Assembly: GCA_028534125.1 (NCBI GenBank)
Contig: CM052817.1
Coordinates: 81,904,001 to 81,968,000 of the forward strand
Reading direction: 5' to 3'
DNA: 64,000 bases
From: Lama glama
Lineage: Eukaryota
This document shows, piece by piece, positions 1 to 14,100 of this stretch. The position numbers and the translations under genes are program-made. Positions within the stretch are counted from its first letter, which is position 1. Every line of letters starts with the position of its first letter. Below the pieces are notes generated by a model. That model did no database searches and was not told where the DNA came from. It was given only the letters and a program-made list of their open reading frames with translations.

Positions 1-513
1 GTGTGTGTCTGTATTTTCCTCAAAGGTTGATAGTTGACTTTAAAGGGGAAAATGCTGAGTGTTTCTTAAAACAAAAGGTGAACTTCTTTGTTTCCCCTGG
101 CATCAGTTGCCAACATGTAAACATTTCAGGAAGAAATTTGACACTACCTCATCTGTGTGTTAGACAACATTTAATGGTTGAATGACAGATAGTCTTTAAG
201 TCTGGCCAGTTTTTCACGTGCACAAATCTGGGGACTAAAATGACGGTTGGTCCACGGTCTATTCTAGCATAAACTCCAAGGTGGTCATGTAAAATCAGTT
301 ACTATCAACAAGTCAGGTGATCTTTATTTGGATTTCATATTTTCCTGTAAGTATTTCACACCTTTCTCTAGGGCATTTTCTATTTTGGATGTTATATATA
401 AAGTTTCTGCTTCCTTTTGGTAGGCCTAGTTGAGTGGACCCTGGGTACACAATTTAATGGGTACCTTGCAGATATATGCAACGTTCATGCATTGTTTCTT
501 TCTCTCCTTGCAG

Positions 514-645
514 GTAGAAATAACGCTTCAGGATATCAATGACAATCCACCAGTGTTTCCGACAGACATGCTGGACCTCACGGTGGAGGAGAACATCGGC
601 GACGGCTCCAAGATCATGCAGCTGACAGCCATGGATGCCGATGAG
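514..645 (+). CDS. FAT4: FAT4 internal coding exon (132 bp, phase 0/0): VEITLQDINDNPP...MDADE
   Basis: Polypyrimidine tract plus cag acceptor (511-513); donor GAG|gtagtg at 646; cadherin linker DINDNPP and AMDAD motif; frame joins the next exon as DADE-GANA. Confidence 0.95.
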
Positions 646-2425
646 GTAGTGCACAGCCTGGCCCTGAATTTTTGAAACTTAGTATTTCAGTGACCTATCG
701 AATTTCTACTGTGTGTTGACAACTTTTATTACCCAATAACAAAGGTTAAGCATTGTGTGCTTTTTTCCAAAGATCATTAATTGTTGAAATGCTAAGATGG
801 GAGGTAATTTTAGGTAATTTTCCTTTGAACAGCAATTCACAACTCAGTTAATTGCTGGCTGCATTTTAGATTTCTTAGCCAAATTATTTTAAGTTCTCAA
901 ATAATAAAAACTATTTACAGATATAGCTTATTTTGTATGCGTGTATCACTCTCATATGCTTGTAGCTGCTAAGAATTTATTTTTATTTTATTTGTAATTG
1001 GAAAAGCAAATTACTTAAAATTTAAAAATTTAAGACTACCTTACAACTTTTCATTTAATTTGCATGTATATATATATGTAAATATATATCTCAATAATAG
1101 CCTTATGTATTTTAAGAAAATTATCTAGGAAGCTAATAATTTTTCAATTCCATTAATAAACAGAAATTCTTTCCTAGGATGAATGTGAAATTTGGGGGCA
1201 TAATTTAGAATGCTATTTCTATATTAATATTTTAAGTTTAGCTATGCAATCTTCATGCTCCAAATGGCATGGAAATTGGATAATTCGTAATTTACATCTT
1301 CCCATAAAAAAACAGCATCAGTTGTTTTCTCCTTCTTGATGGATAAAAGGTTTAATTAATGTTCTAGAGTTTCAGACGGAGGAATAATGATCCTATACAC
1401 CCCTTTCTGCCCTTTCTCTTTAAGCTAAGCCCCAAACAGATTATTTAATTTCCTTACCCTCAGTTAAGCTCCAGAAGTATCTAAAAACTTGATTTTTGGC
1501 CTATTTTTTTTTAACTTTAAAAAGGTATATAATTCAATAACAGACTAATTCTAACAGCCAGTATAGAAATGTAATGACTTAGTCATCTATATATTTTGCC
1601 AAAATCTAACTAAGGAAAAGGAAACAAAATAAAGCATAGGCATTTAGATAACTGTAGTTTTCTATTGGAAAAAATGTGTTAAGTTTATACCTTCTACTCA
1701 ATTTCATATAAAGTTTGTTCCCAGTCCCAGCTACCATTAAAAGAGTTATGTTGCTGAATATTTCTATTATTATTGAGAAAAATGAGATATCATCAGCTAT
1801 AATTTAGTAAATGCTTCATTTTCTTAAAACTTATCACTGATAATATATTTTGGATAGCTCAATTCATAAAATTTAATTATATCTCATTTAGCAAAATAAC
1901 AACAGCAAAAAAAAGCTCATACAATTTCTATAAGCCCATGTAAATGATACATCAAATAATTGCAATTGTAATGACTGCTCTATTGGCTATACTCTCTGTA
2001 GGAATAGAACACATAAACTGCATTTATTTCAGGTGGTTTTTTCAAGGCATGAAGCAATAATCATGTTAATCATGATATATATGTTATAATGAGATACACT
2101 GTTCTCTTAAGAACCGATTATTTGAAAGAGATGCCACCATTCAACCCTTTTAATACTATCATGTTGGCACTGTTATAATTTTATTTTCCTTCTTACATTT
2201 TCTTTTCAAGATATGACAAATAAGAGTTAATACAAATGCAATCCTGCCTGCATGTTTATTTTCCTCTGTTTGACTTTTCTGGGTGTGTGTGTATGCTTGC
2301 ACACACTTGCTTGTCTTGAAGTTCATCTTTTGAGATATGTTTATATTTAGGATGAGATTTGAAGACGGCTGAGAAGGTCCTTATGTCTCTAGGTATTTAC
2401 ATCAACAGGGTTTTATTGTACTTGC

Positions 2426-3150
2426 TTTTTTTTTAACATTTTTTATTGTTTTATAATCATTTTACAATGTTGTGTCAAATTCCAGTGTTCAGCACAATTT
2501 TTCAGTCATTCATGGACATATACACACTCATTGTCACATTTTTTTCTCTGTGATTTNNNNNNNNNNNNNNNNNNNNNNNNNNNNNNNNNNNNNNNNNNNN
2601 NNNNNNNNNNNNNNNNNNNNNNNNNNNNNNNNNNNNNNNNNNNNNNNNNNNNNNNNNNNNNNNNNNNNNNNNNNNNNNNNNNNNNNNNNNNNNNNNNNNN
2701 NNNNNNNNNNNNNNNNNNNNNNNNNNNNNNNNNNNNNNNNNNNNNNNNNNNNNNNNNNNNNNNNNNNNNNNNNNNNNNNNNNNNNNNNNNNNNNNNNNNN
2801 NNNNNNNNNNNNNNNNNNNNNNNNNNNNNNNNNNNNNNNNNNNNNNNNNNNNNNNNNNNNNNNNNNNNNNNNNNNNNNNNNNNNNNNNNNNNNNNNNNNN
2901 NNNNNNNNNNNNNNNNNNNNNNNNNNNNNNNNNNNNNNNNNNNNNNNNNNNNNNNNNNNNNNNNNNNNNNNNNNNNNNNNNNNNNNNNNNNNNNNNNNNN
3001 NNNNNNNNNNNNNNNNNNNNNNNNNNNNNNNNNNNNNNNNNNNNNNNNNNNNNNNNGCTTTTATTTCTTCTAGGAGAAAATTTTTGAAATGTATGTCAGA
3101 TAATGTTTTGCCTATGTTTTCCTCTAGGAGGTTTATTGTATCTTGTCTTT
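2426..3150 (-). mobile_element. 5'-truncated L1 (3' UTR and end of ORF2) spanning the assembly gap
   Basis: Poly-T then ttttacaatgttgtgtcaaattccagtg (L1 3' end, reverse strand); after the gap the - strand reads QDTINLLEENIGKTLSDI, typical of the L1 ORF2 C-terminal region. Confidence 0.85.
2557..3056. other. Assembly gap (500 N)
   Basis: Run of exactly 500 N; the round size suggests a placeholder length. Confidence 0.99.
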
Positions 3151-5589
3151 GCTTTATTTCTATTGAGATTCTTTTTTTTTTTAAGTTTAAAAAAATGTAA
3201 GTATCCATTTCTGGTATTACCGCTTAGGCATTCTAGTGTTTTTGTTTTTTTAGGTACTGAACATAAGGTGATGATAGCTAGGATATGCGAGAAGTACCCT
3301 TGGGGTGAGACAGGGTGGGGAGTTAAAGAAGCAGAAACAAGTAAGGCTAGAAAGCTGAACAGACCAGGGTAAAGGAGGGAGGGCTGTTTGCAGTTCAGAG
3401 GGAGGTAGGGATGTTGACAATTTATGCAGGCTGTGACTCTGCCTGAAGGCATAAAAACTACCACAGAGTATTTTATAAGACCTGTGTGCGGGCCAGGGGA
3501 GTGGAGGTGGAGGGGGAAAAAGGTAGAAGAGGATGGAAGGGAGGAAATTTCACCTACCACTTTAAAGGAAAGAAGGACATTTTTGTGAGACTGCTTTTGG
3601 GCCATTATTTTTTAAAGATTAAGCTCATGAGGTTGTTTTCTTTCTTGAATATATTTTCTCTTAAAATTTTTAGTAGCATTTTAATGACCACTGACAATTT
3701 CAGCTCCTGACATAAGGAACCAACATTTCTTTGGCTGTATGCCAAACACAGTGGATACCTAGGCTTCCTATGGCATTCAGAATTATTGGCTGTTTCCTTT
3801 TCTGTGTAGCTTGCAATAAATTACTATTAATGCTTTCAGGTAAAACTTCTATCTTCTACTCTCTTCTCAGCTCCTTACCTCTTAATTGAATTTGAAAATC
3901 GGCATGTATATTTGAAATGTTTTGTCTCTTACTAAATCATGGCTCTGTTTTCTTTCTTCATCTAGTTTTGAGTAGAAATCAATATTGAAATGCAAGAGGT
4001 TTCTTTAACTTTGTGGCCAGCATTAAATTGTCACACAACTATATAGTGGATTGATTTTGAAAGATTAATAGACTTCTTTAAAACACTAAGATTATATAGG
4101 TCATCAGCAAATTATGTCCATATATTCTTTAGTTTATATGCTTTTCCTTAATTATGAAATCGAGCACAGAAATACTAGTTTGTCAGAGAAACTCTAGTAG
4201 GGTGCTGGAGAATAATGCCTGGGTAAAGGAATGTGTTTTAAAAAGCAACATGTACATGTTGAACGTAATTTAAATATCATTTGAAACATGTGTTGGATCA
4301 AGATACACATCTCTCAAATGCACGTGACTTCGACAGTCTCTTGTTTCCTTTGATAAACAGAATTATTATGCTTGTAATGGGCCAGGAGACTCAAGCTTTG
4401 TTTCATGGTACCATACTTGTTTTTGAAAATACTGCTTAAGGTTGTAAAATGCACTTGCAATTTATAGCTATTTACTTTTAGAATTCCTTTCACGTGCTTT
4501 TGTCTCTGTGGTATCTCAGGAGAACAGAATATTTTTAAACAGCATTATTTCCACTGTGCTGCAGCTGCAAGACGATATTTGTTTCTTATAGTATTGTGGA
4601 TACTGCATATTTTGGAGATTAAATAAATAAATAGACTTTTCGAAAGGCCTAATTAAATCATTCCTCTTGGCCACACATTTTCAAGCATCTCTAGAATTAC
4701 CAGTTCACCACATCAGCTGATTTTGAATAGGAACAGACTTGTTTATCAACATAGTCTGATGCCTTTGCTTCTGTTCAGAAGAATTATCATAAGTTTAGGA
4801 GTATTAATTATTATCGTCACTTTTTTGTAGACAGGACATTTCTAAATTGCAAACCACTTATGTAATAGCTTGAAATATGTTTCTGTTTCTTGGCTTTCCC
4901 CTAATTTCCAAATACCATTTTAATAGGTCAGAATTGAGTGTAGCTGTTTTTCCCTGGACTGTTTTACCAGAATAATGGAATTCCTTGTGAAATAGAATAA
5001 ATAGTACAGAATGTGGTCAGATTAGAAGTCTACAATTCTTATTGAATGTTTTTGTTAAACCATAGAATTACAGTAAATCTGTTAGATACTCCATGTACAC
5101 CTGAATATACAGGGTAAACATGTGCAGTGTGTTAAACTCAGCTGTTCCATTACTAAATTAAAATGTGCTCAGAGGCATTCCTGTTACTAAATTTTCAGAT
5201 TGGGTTAGAGAATGCAGTACAAAAATATAGCAAATGCCACTAGACAGAAATTTTGAAAGAGTGTTTTTCCCTTTGACTGCTGGAAATCATCCCCTTATGT
5301 GTCTGATTAAATCAAAAAACAACTTTTGAAGTTGACAATTCCAATACCACATATCCCAGTGTCAAGACTCAATATAATAAGAAATCAGAAAATATTTTCC
5401 CTGGACTATATAGCAGTTCTAACCATATTTTGATATAAATTATTTATTTGCAAACATCTCAGTCGTCAAATATACTTAACCCATTATATCTCTTTTATAA
5501 GAAAACAATAAAAATGGAAATAAAAATAAAAATTAGCATTGTCGTACACTTAAAACTTCTCAAGGAATGTACTAGGTTCACTACATGTA

Positions 5590-5770
5590 TTAACACCTTT
5601 AATTCTCACAACAGCGTTATGTAAGAGGTAACATTACCAACCCCAATGTCCAGATAAGGAAACTTAGGCTCATAGAGGTCAAGTAGTGGCCCAGTGACAC
5701 ACAGATAATAAGTAGTGGAGCAGAGATTCAAGCCCAAAAATATGGCTCCAGAGCATCAGATCTCAACCAG
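5590..5770 (-). mobile_element. MIR SINE
   Basis: cagataaggaaacttaggctcatagaggtcaagtagtggcccagtgacacacag matches the reverse MIR core. Confidence 0.8.
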
Positions 5771-5949
5771 TACAGTGTGTGATGTTTAACTTAAGATTTC
5801 AATTATAATATATATAATTTAAAATGTCTAAATCAAAATGCTCATAATTTCATATATATAAGTTTATAATAGATTTTAAAATACTGTAAAGTTAGCTTTC
5901 CCCGTCATCAAATCCAGATGGGTGCTGTAATTTTAATTCTCTTTAACTT

Positions 5950-6460
5950 TTTTATTTTTGACTTTGCTGAAATCAGCTCTTTCTTGAAGCCTTCCTTTTC
6001 ACCATGGTGGCAGGCTGTTCCTCTGGGTCTTCTAGGTCCCTCATCTTCTCCCTCCATCAGTCTCTGTCTCTGCCCCTTCTTCCCACTCTCTAAATGTTGC
6101 TATTCAATCTTTATGACACTGTTCCTTTCTCTATCTATTCTCATTTAGATCCTCAACAAATCTTGTGGCTTTAACTGTCATCACCTACATATATCGACCT
6201 TCAGATAGTTTAATCAAACCCCTTCTCAAATCTCTGACCAACAGTCATTTCTGTGGTTGTAACCATTGCCACATAATCATGAAGCAATCCAGTCTCTTAA
6301 CATATGGTATATATAATTATAAAATCTCACTGCCTAATTTCTCCTGCATCAAAGCAGATCATATCCTGAGATGTCTTCAGGAAGAGTACTCTCCTAATTC
6401 CCAAAGTAATTTGAAATTAAATTTTTTTCTTCTCTTTCACTTCTGCTCCCACTGCATAGA
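5950..6460 (+). mobile_element. Degenerate L2 fragment
   Basis: Pyrimidine-rich stretch with L2-like motifs (ctctaaatgttg..., cttgtggctttaactgtcatc); boundaries approximate. Confidence 0.5.
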
Positions 6461-6589
6461 GTTGTTAAAAGAAGGAAATGAGACTGTATGGGATTGTCGA
6501 ACAGATGAGAGCAATTGTTATTGTTATTTCTCTGTCTGTAACCTAGCAGATCTTACTAATTTGTTCTGTGCTTATGTTGGGTACATAAT

Positions 6590-6782
6590 GATTGAGAGTC
6601 TCACTTCTGGAGCAAGACAGTAGGGTTCAAATTTCTATGTCTCAGTTTCTGTATCTTGAAAATGGGGATGATAACAGTACTTCTCCAACTGGATTACCTT
6701 TAAATATTAAATCAGTTAGTGCCCATGAAGTGATGTGCTTAGAGTGGTGCTTGGCACTTAATAAACACTTAATAAATGTTCT
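6590..6782 (+). mobile_element. MIR SINE
   Basis: ctggagcaagacag...ggttcaaat B-box remnant, tctcagtttct...aaaatggggatgataacagtac core, tail ggcacttaataaacacttaataaatgtt. Confidence 0.8.
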
Positions 6783-7796
6783 GTTTTCCTCAACCTTTCC
6801 GTACCTTCTGCCAGCTTCCTAGTTTAAACTTCAGATTTTACATGCTACAGCTCAGAGTCCTGAGAGAACCCCCGAGGGCATTGCTGCTTTCATTTTACAG
6901 AACAGGGACTTGGAGTCAGCAAACAACACAGATTGTATGAGTTTCACCTTGAGGAGGTGAAGCCCCAGTCTCTTTGGGCCAAACTCTACTCAGTGTCTCC
7001 CTTCTCTGGCCTCTCCTCGCTCTAGTCCATCCTAATCTGTCAAGAACCTCAAAAGAAAATTGTTTCCAATTTTAAAAAAGATTGGTGGTTTCTTGTCCAT
7101 AGAATTCAAGCGGATTTGTTGAGATTCTCCAAACTGTACCCATAGCCTACTATTTTAGCTTTTCTTCTCTGTGCTATGTTAAAACTCTCCACGCTGCCAA
7201 ACTGTTCCAAATCATCCCTCTCTCTTCTTGGTTCTTACAGTGCTTATGGCAAGCCTCCACTTACTGCTTGCTTCATTTAATTACCTTCATGCTGAATCAG
7301 ATGGAACATGAGCTCAGAATCAGGCAGACTGGGGTTTAAAATCCACACTCATGCTTACAGTGTGACTCTGCAAAGGTTAACTAGCATCTCGGAACCCCGT
7401 GTCTTCCTCTGTGAAATAGTATCTCCCGGAGCTGTGCTGCCACAGGTCCTGGCCCAGAGCAAGCTTTTAGCCAACCTCTGGTTATGTGGTTGATAGTATT
7501 AGCATCAGTCGTAATTTCCACAGTGACAGTTTTACTCTTTTCCATGTACACATTTAAATAATTTAAATAATATATAGGTAAATAATGAAGGTTGAGATTT
7601 CTTGTACTAGTTAATGGAGTGAATAGTGAAAGACTACGTAAAACACTACACAGACCTGTTAACATTTTGAAGTCTTACGGTATCACATGATATTAAGCTC
7701 CAAAGCCTCACTATGTCAAATACACATTCAGCACAAGGAGTAGTAAGTCTTAAAGGTCTCTTTTTAGCAGTTCAGATGCTGATCTTTTATTTGTAG

Positions 7797-8058
7797 GGTG
7801 CAAATGCTCTTGTCACATACACGATCATTAGTGGAGCAGATGACAGCTTCCGCATTGACCCTGAATCTGGCGATCTGATAGCTACCAAGAGGTTGGACAG
7901 AGAACGCCGTTCCAAATATTCCTTGCTGGTTCGTGCAGATGATGGTCTTCAGTCCTCGGATATGAGAATAAATATCACTGTCAGTGATGTGAACGACCAC
8001 ACACCCAAGTTCTCCAGGCCTGTGTACTCTTTTGACATCCCAGAGGACACGACCCCAG
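7797..8058 (+). CDS. FAT4: FAT4 internal coding exon (262 bp, phase 0/1): GANALVTYTIISG...EDTTP
   Basis: Acceptor ttttatttgtag; donor CAG|gtaggt; LDRE and DVNDHTP cadherin motifs. Confidence 0.96.
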
Positions 8059-8469
8059 GTAGGTGCATGCCCTTCCGTGTATTTTGCCAGGATTACCTTT
8101 GACTACAATTACGGATTGTTTCGGCCACTCTTAAATTGTGATTAGTTTTTACCATATGCTGCTAGGTATAAATGCTGGATTTTTAAATGTTTTAATTAAC
8201 CCACTTTGCTACAATTCCCAAGGACATTTCTAGACTTTTGAGAGCAAATGAGGGTAGCCATTAGTCTGATTACTAATTACAGATATTTCTGTTTCTGAAA
8301 GTACTTGTGACATGCATTGTTAACTTATCTGGCAATCATTGTTTTGATACTAGGTTCCAATTTAAAAATGTGTAATGATGAAATTATTATTAAAAATGTC
8401 TAATTTCTAATTTCTAGTGATGATTATTCTACTGTATATAGAAAGAACAAAGAAAAGCATATGAAAAGC

Positions 8470-8655
8470 TGTGAATGCTGGTTCTAACACTTAGCTATAT
8501 GAACCAAGGCAATGAATTCATTTCTCAGCTTCAATTCCTTCTTAGTACAATGGCAACAACAATTCCTATTAGAATTAGAGTAAGGGTAATTTAGAAAACA
8601 TGTATGAGTTTGCTAACGTGGGGCCTAAGGATTAGCAGGTGCTCGATGAACGTTA
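8470..8655 (+). mobile_element. MIR SINE (degenerate)
   Basis: acttagctatatgaaccaaggcaatg...cttcaattccttc...aatggcaacaacaat; tail agcaggtgctcgatgaacgttag. Confidence 0.6.
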
Positions 8656-9409
8656 GTAGAACAGGAATCCTGAATCACCATCTTGCTTCCTTGAACATAT
8701 TATGTTGTGACTGTTGAGTTTGAGTGCTCAATATCCATGCTTTTCCTGTGTGGGTGCTTCATCCCCACTATTGGAGATTCTTATCTAAAACTGAAATTTT
8801 ATTCTGAATTACATTTGGAATGAGTTTGCTTAATAAGGTATATATTTTAGAAACTCATTTGACAAAGGAATGAAACATTTATACAAGACTACTTCCCACT
8901 GCAGTCTTTTCCCCAAGATGAATTGTGTATGTCTTCCATGAAATTCCCATCACATTTACGTCTTGCCTTAATTATAGCAATGGCCATATGAGCTGTCAAG
9001 TGGTAGCCCCTCAGCACAAGTCTTGGTTACTGCTTGGAATCCCCAGTTCCTGACATTAGCAATGGGCCCCAATATATGTTTACTGAACTCATCAATGTGT
9101 TTATGAATTGGTAGTGCCAGATGGAAAAATAATGTTAGAAGTAATGTTAATTCCTCAGAGTATTTTCACTGCAACATACATATGATCTAGTGGACACCTA
9201 ATATGCTACCTACTTTGTTACTATTTGGTAATATTGGTATCAGCGTTAATGTAGAAATCTACAAAATGTTGTGTTCATTATACTTTCATACTGCTTCTCT
9301 AGTTAAAATATTTAACTATACAAATAATTTTTTGGTGTCATATATATTCTTTTAGCAATACTCACTCTATCCCATTAATTTTAGACTATGAATTTATTCT
9401 TTTTGATAG

Positions 9410-9760
9410 GTTCTTTGGTAGCAGCTATTTTAGCTACAGATGATGACTCTGGTGTGAATGGAGAAATTACATATATTGTGAATGAAGATGATGAAGATGG
9501 CATTTTTTTCCTGAATCCAGTTACTGGAGTCTTTAATTTGACTCGAATGTTAGATTATGAAGCACAACAATATTATATCCTCACGGTTCGAGCTGAAGAC
9601 GGTGGGGGACAATTTGCTACCATCAGGGTTTATTTCAATATACTAGATATAAATGATAACCCACCTATTTTCAGCTTGAATTCATATAGCACATCTTTAA
9701 TGGAGAATCTACCTCTAGAATCTACTGTTCTTGTGTTTAATGTTACTGACGCAGATGATG
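9410..9760 (+). CDS. FAT4: FAT4 internal coding exon (351 bp, phase 1/1): GSLVAAILATDDDSG...VTDADD
   Basis: Acceptor ttctttttgatag; donor ATG|gtatgt; LDYE and DINDNPP motifs. Confidence 0.96.
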
Positions 9761-10872
9761 GTATGTACTTTATTTTGTATACTTAAACTTTATTTAAAAT
9801 GTCATCAGATTTATATCGTATTTACTTACTGTATGCAGCTATCACAAAATTGCATTTTGTAAATATAGGTCCAAAGTCAAGGAATAGTTTTATAATTTAA
9901 CCATGGAGGATTAAAATAATAAGTATTTTATTAGTTAAATGTTTATTTATAATAGTTACACAGCATGCATTGTTATCATCTTTTAAACTTTATCTTCCTT
10001 TTTTCTCCCTAAATGTGTGACACTATTGCAGTTTAGTAATGTAGAAGTCATGAAATAGACTTTTCGATATTTTGTCAGATAAATAAAAATATTTGCTTAT
10101 GCATATTCTTTTAACATAAAAAGGATAAAATTTGGATGTAAAAGAAAAACCAGAGTCTCAAAAAATACTTAAGAATTCATAATTGGTTTTATATTTTTGA
10201 CTGAAAATTGCTCATAGTATCTTAGTAAGCTTTCATGCTTTGACTCAAAGGGCAGTCTCAGATCTCTTTTAACTTATGCTATATAATCAAGTTGAGATTT
10301 TTACATTAAATCTAAACTTTAGTGTTTTATTTTTATTTATTGCAAAAGCATTTGACAAGCTTTATTTTAAAATATGAATCTCCTGGACTTTCTTCTTAGA
10401 TCTATTTTGGAAATACACATATCAGATAATACAACCATAGAGACAGCATTGTACAGATTATCAGTCTTTAACTAAACTAGAAAGTTAATACCTTGTTTTC
10501 CCTTCCGTTGGATGCAGTGAAATGCTCTTTCGTTTGAGAAAACAAGAGACAGTATTTAAAAAGGAAATAAGTCCCTAGCCCAAGGATATGTCTCATGACA
10601 TAGACATATCAACCTTAATTTAGAATTTCCTGGTTCTTGCTGACTTGAATGATTTGTATAATCTCAGAATACCTTTCTGTTCTATACTTAGTTTCCTTCC
10701 AGGATTGTCTAGAATTGCCACTTAGAAACATATGAGAGGCAAAAAGCACAATATTTTATGTATCTTTCAATTCACAAAATTAGAAATGATTTCTTTAGAG
10801 TTTATTAAGTGCATTTTAAAGTTTCCACTCTTATTTAAGCACAGTTAATATTAGACACACATTTGGCAAGTA

Positions 10873-11186
10873 TAGCCGTCCCTCAGTATCTGCAGAGGAC
10901 TGGTTCCAGGACCCCTGTTGATATCCAAATCTAAGACGCTCAAGTCCCTGATATAAAATGGTGTTCTATTTGCATATAACTCAAAACACCCTCCTGTCTA
11001 CTTTAAATCTCTAGATCACTTATAATACTTAATACAATGTATATGCTATGTAAATAGTTGCTAGTGCTTGGGAAATTTAAGTTTTGCATTTTGGAACTTT
11101 CTGGAATCTTTTTTTTCCCCAAATATTTTTGATCTGCATTGGTTGAATCTGTGGATGCAGAACCAGCAAATATGATGAGCCAACTG
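10873..11186. mobile_element. MER2/MER2B-like non-autonomous TcMar-Tigger DNA transposon, apparently full length
   Basis: Degenerate terminal inverted repeats (tagccgtccctcagtatctgc ... gcaaatatgatgagccaactg), TA on both sides (10871-10872, 11187-11188), diagnostic gctcaagtccctgatataaaatgg. Confidence 0.88.
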
Positions 11187-14100
11187 TACTTAGTGTGTAC
11201 CCAGTCCTAGCCTAAGAACGTTGTATAATCTTATTCATGTATGTGAGTCCAGCTTTGAGATTGGCTCCAATTAGACATTTATATACAACTGAGATTAATC
11301 TCTGCTTTAACTTGATTTCTCTATTATTATAAACTTAATTAGTCTGCCTGATCCCTGGATATATATATATTTTATTTGTCCATGTGGCTGGTCCTGACTT
11401 TTCTGTGGTAAAGAATTATCTGCCAGGCTTCTTTGTGATTTACTTATCATGTATTAGAGAGGGCCCATTGTATCACAAGATTACTTGCAGCTCTAGAATA
11501 AGTTTCACTTATCTTTACACCTTAAAATGTAGACAATGGGGAAAATAGCAAATAAGAAACTTTGTGCAACCTCCTGGAATATTTCAATCACGTATATGCA
11601 CAGAAATATATCAACCATTGACTTCAGGCTACTTTTTATGGATTTTTTTCCTTTAATTGTTTGACGTAAAAATTTCAAGCAACATTTTTCCATTGTTTTC
11701 AGTTTTGAATAGTTTTATCAGTGTAATTTCCTGTACCTTGACCTAAAATGTAGGACACAGTTTCTATTCTCTCTGAATTTCAAGGATAATGATAAGACTG
11801 AATAAGGGTAACCTTCTTTGTTTAAAATTGCCAACTCAGTTACACTAAATAGTTCTGAATGTATTTCACAGTGTTATTTAGACATTTTTTAACTAACAAG
11901 TTCATTTTAATCTCTGATCAAGAGTTTTTAGATGAGATAATATTGTTATCTGAAATGAAGGTATTTTATGAAAATAAATTTAACATTTTATCTGTATCTA
12001 GAATCTCTGAGTTTAACTAAAATTTTAGATTACATAATCACTTAATAAGAATAAAGCAAATATTTATATTTCACTGTGTTCACAACATTAAGTAGCATAT
12101 GCATTAATCTCAAGGATTTCATGCATACAACTAAGAAAGTGTTACATTGAGGCAAACTATTATAAATTAAAGTTTCATAGAAATACTCTGGCTTTGATAA
12201 TTATTTCATTATCCTAGGAATGAATTTGTATATTCTTCAAAATATTGGGGAGTCATAGAGTGTTTTGAGAAGAAAGCAATTCTAATTATTGCCGAAAAAA
12301 TTTACTTATATATGGAAGGTACACAAGGCAGATCATTTGACCTGTGAATGGGCTTCATATTCTAGTGACCTGAAGACCTTGTTGGAACTGCTTCATAAAC
12401 ATTAATGCTATCTGGAAACATTCCATGTGTTACAGCTGCGTGATAAGTTGACAAGTACCAGTTCATCATAGAAATAATCAGCATTTATGGATTGTGAATA
12501 AATGTACGCATTTCATTACAGAACTACATACCCATAGTTATGTGCTATATTTCCTGGAACTAAATTATTCTCAAGACTGGGGTCGGGGGGAACCAACCCA
12601 ACCACACACACACAATAAAACTGCCAGAAAGAATCATGTAACTAAACCACTTTTAGAACATTGAATGCAAATGGTTAGAAATAATGCACTGTTTTGAGTT
12701 TAAAGATCTAGTGGGCTATAAAAGGCTACTAAATTCAAGTCCCAATACTTATGAATAAACTACAGAATGTTAAAATAATATATTTACTGATTTATGATTT
12801 GGCTATTTGACGCAAGGAGCAGAGAGACAAAAAATGGCCTGAGCTCTCCATTTTTCAGTGTAGTATAAAGGTTCAGGGAGAATTTTGAGTTTCAATACGT
12901 CTACCTGTATTTTCTAGACATAGAGTGCATGCCCAGAGACACTTAGACTTGACAGGAAAGAAAAGTCCTTTTCTTTACAGTAAGGCCAATATAGATGGTT
13001 CTGTATTTGTAGCAGTAAGGTTTCAGTTCCTGAGATGAGAGCTATTTCTTAGATGACGCTGCAATATTCTCTGCAAAAATAGCTATATTTCTATGTGCAT
13101 TTTCTCAAAGATAATGATTGCTATCATCAGTTCACTTTAATGTTATTACCTGATATATTTGTCATTATGAATTTGAATATAAAATCAAATTTTTCTTGTT
13201 TTCATAATTCTAATTAAAGTTAACATATATTATTTCCTCCACTCAACTATCCTATCAAACTTTTTCCCTAAAAAATAGGCTGTTCTGCTGTTTACAGCAA
13301 GGCTATAAAATCTTGGTTTTATGTTCTCTTTTTGCCTCTGCAAGTTAACTGTTTACACCAGGAAGTAGCATACACAGTGGACCAAGGGTGTCCAGATCCT
13401 TGATTTAATTGCTTGCATTCTGGCTGATTTATGTAGAAATGCTAGGCCATCACTTTGTAGTCAAGTGTAGTTTTGTCAGCGTTTTTAATTTCTTTTGATC
13501 TTGGGCATGAAAGATTTCATATACTTGCATAGAACTAAATTTTATATCTTTGTTGTTTAATAATATTTTTATCCAGATGTCTTCATAACTTTTTCTCAAT
13601 AATAATTGTATCTGAATTTATGCCTCAATATTTACTGATGGATTTAGCCATGGAAAATGCATAAAATTTCCTTAGGGAGGAATTCTATTTTAAATATATC
13701 TATTTATATAGATATATCTATTTAAATATATAATACGTATTTTAAAATCTAATTACTTTCTCTAAGTAATATATCCATCTATTGCACCAGTTGATAAAAC
13801 TTTTTTTTTGCATCAGTTGGTGGAACTTTTCTTGCTCCAAACCTGTGGAATTTTAAGTCAAAGAGTTAAAGTAGGCTGTTGACCTTGTTCTAGCCAGATC
13901 TTAAAATTCTCTTTATCTCCTGCTGGTGAATTGACCTGTGGCCTCCATTAGCTTTATTTATTCATATTTTTCCTGATCCTCAGAGTCCTAAGTATTTTGA
14001 ACTTTATAACCTCTGCTTTGTTCTCTTGTGAATAGTCTTAAATAAACTACAAAGATTAAAAGCCACAACTCTTAATGAGGAGAAAAATCCTACCTTTTCA

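Noticed and set aside
2472..3208. Long ORFs across the N run
   Set aside because: Artefacts of translating N as X.
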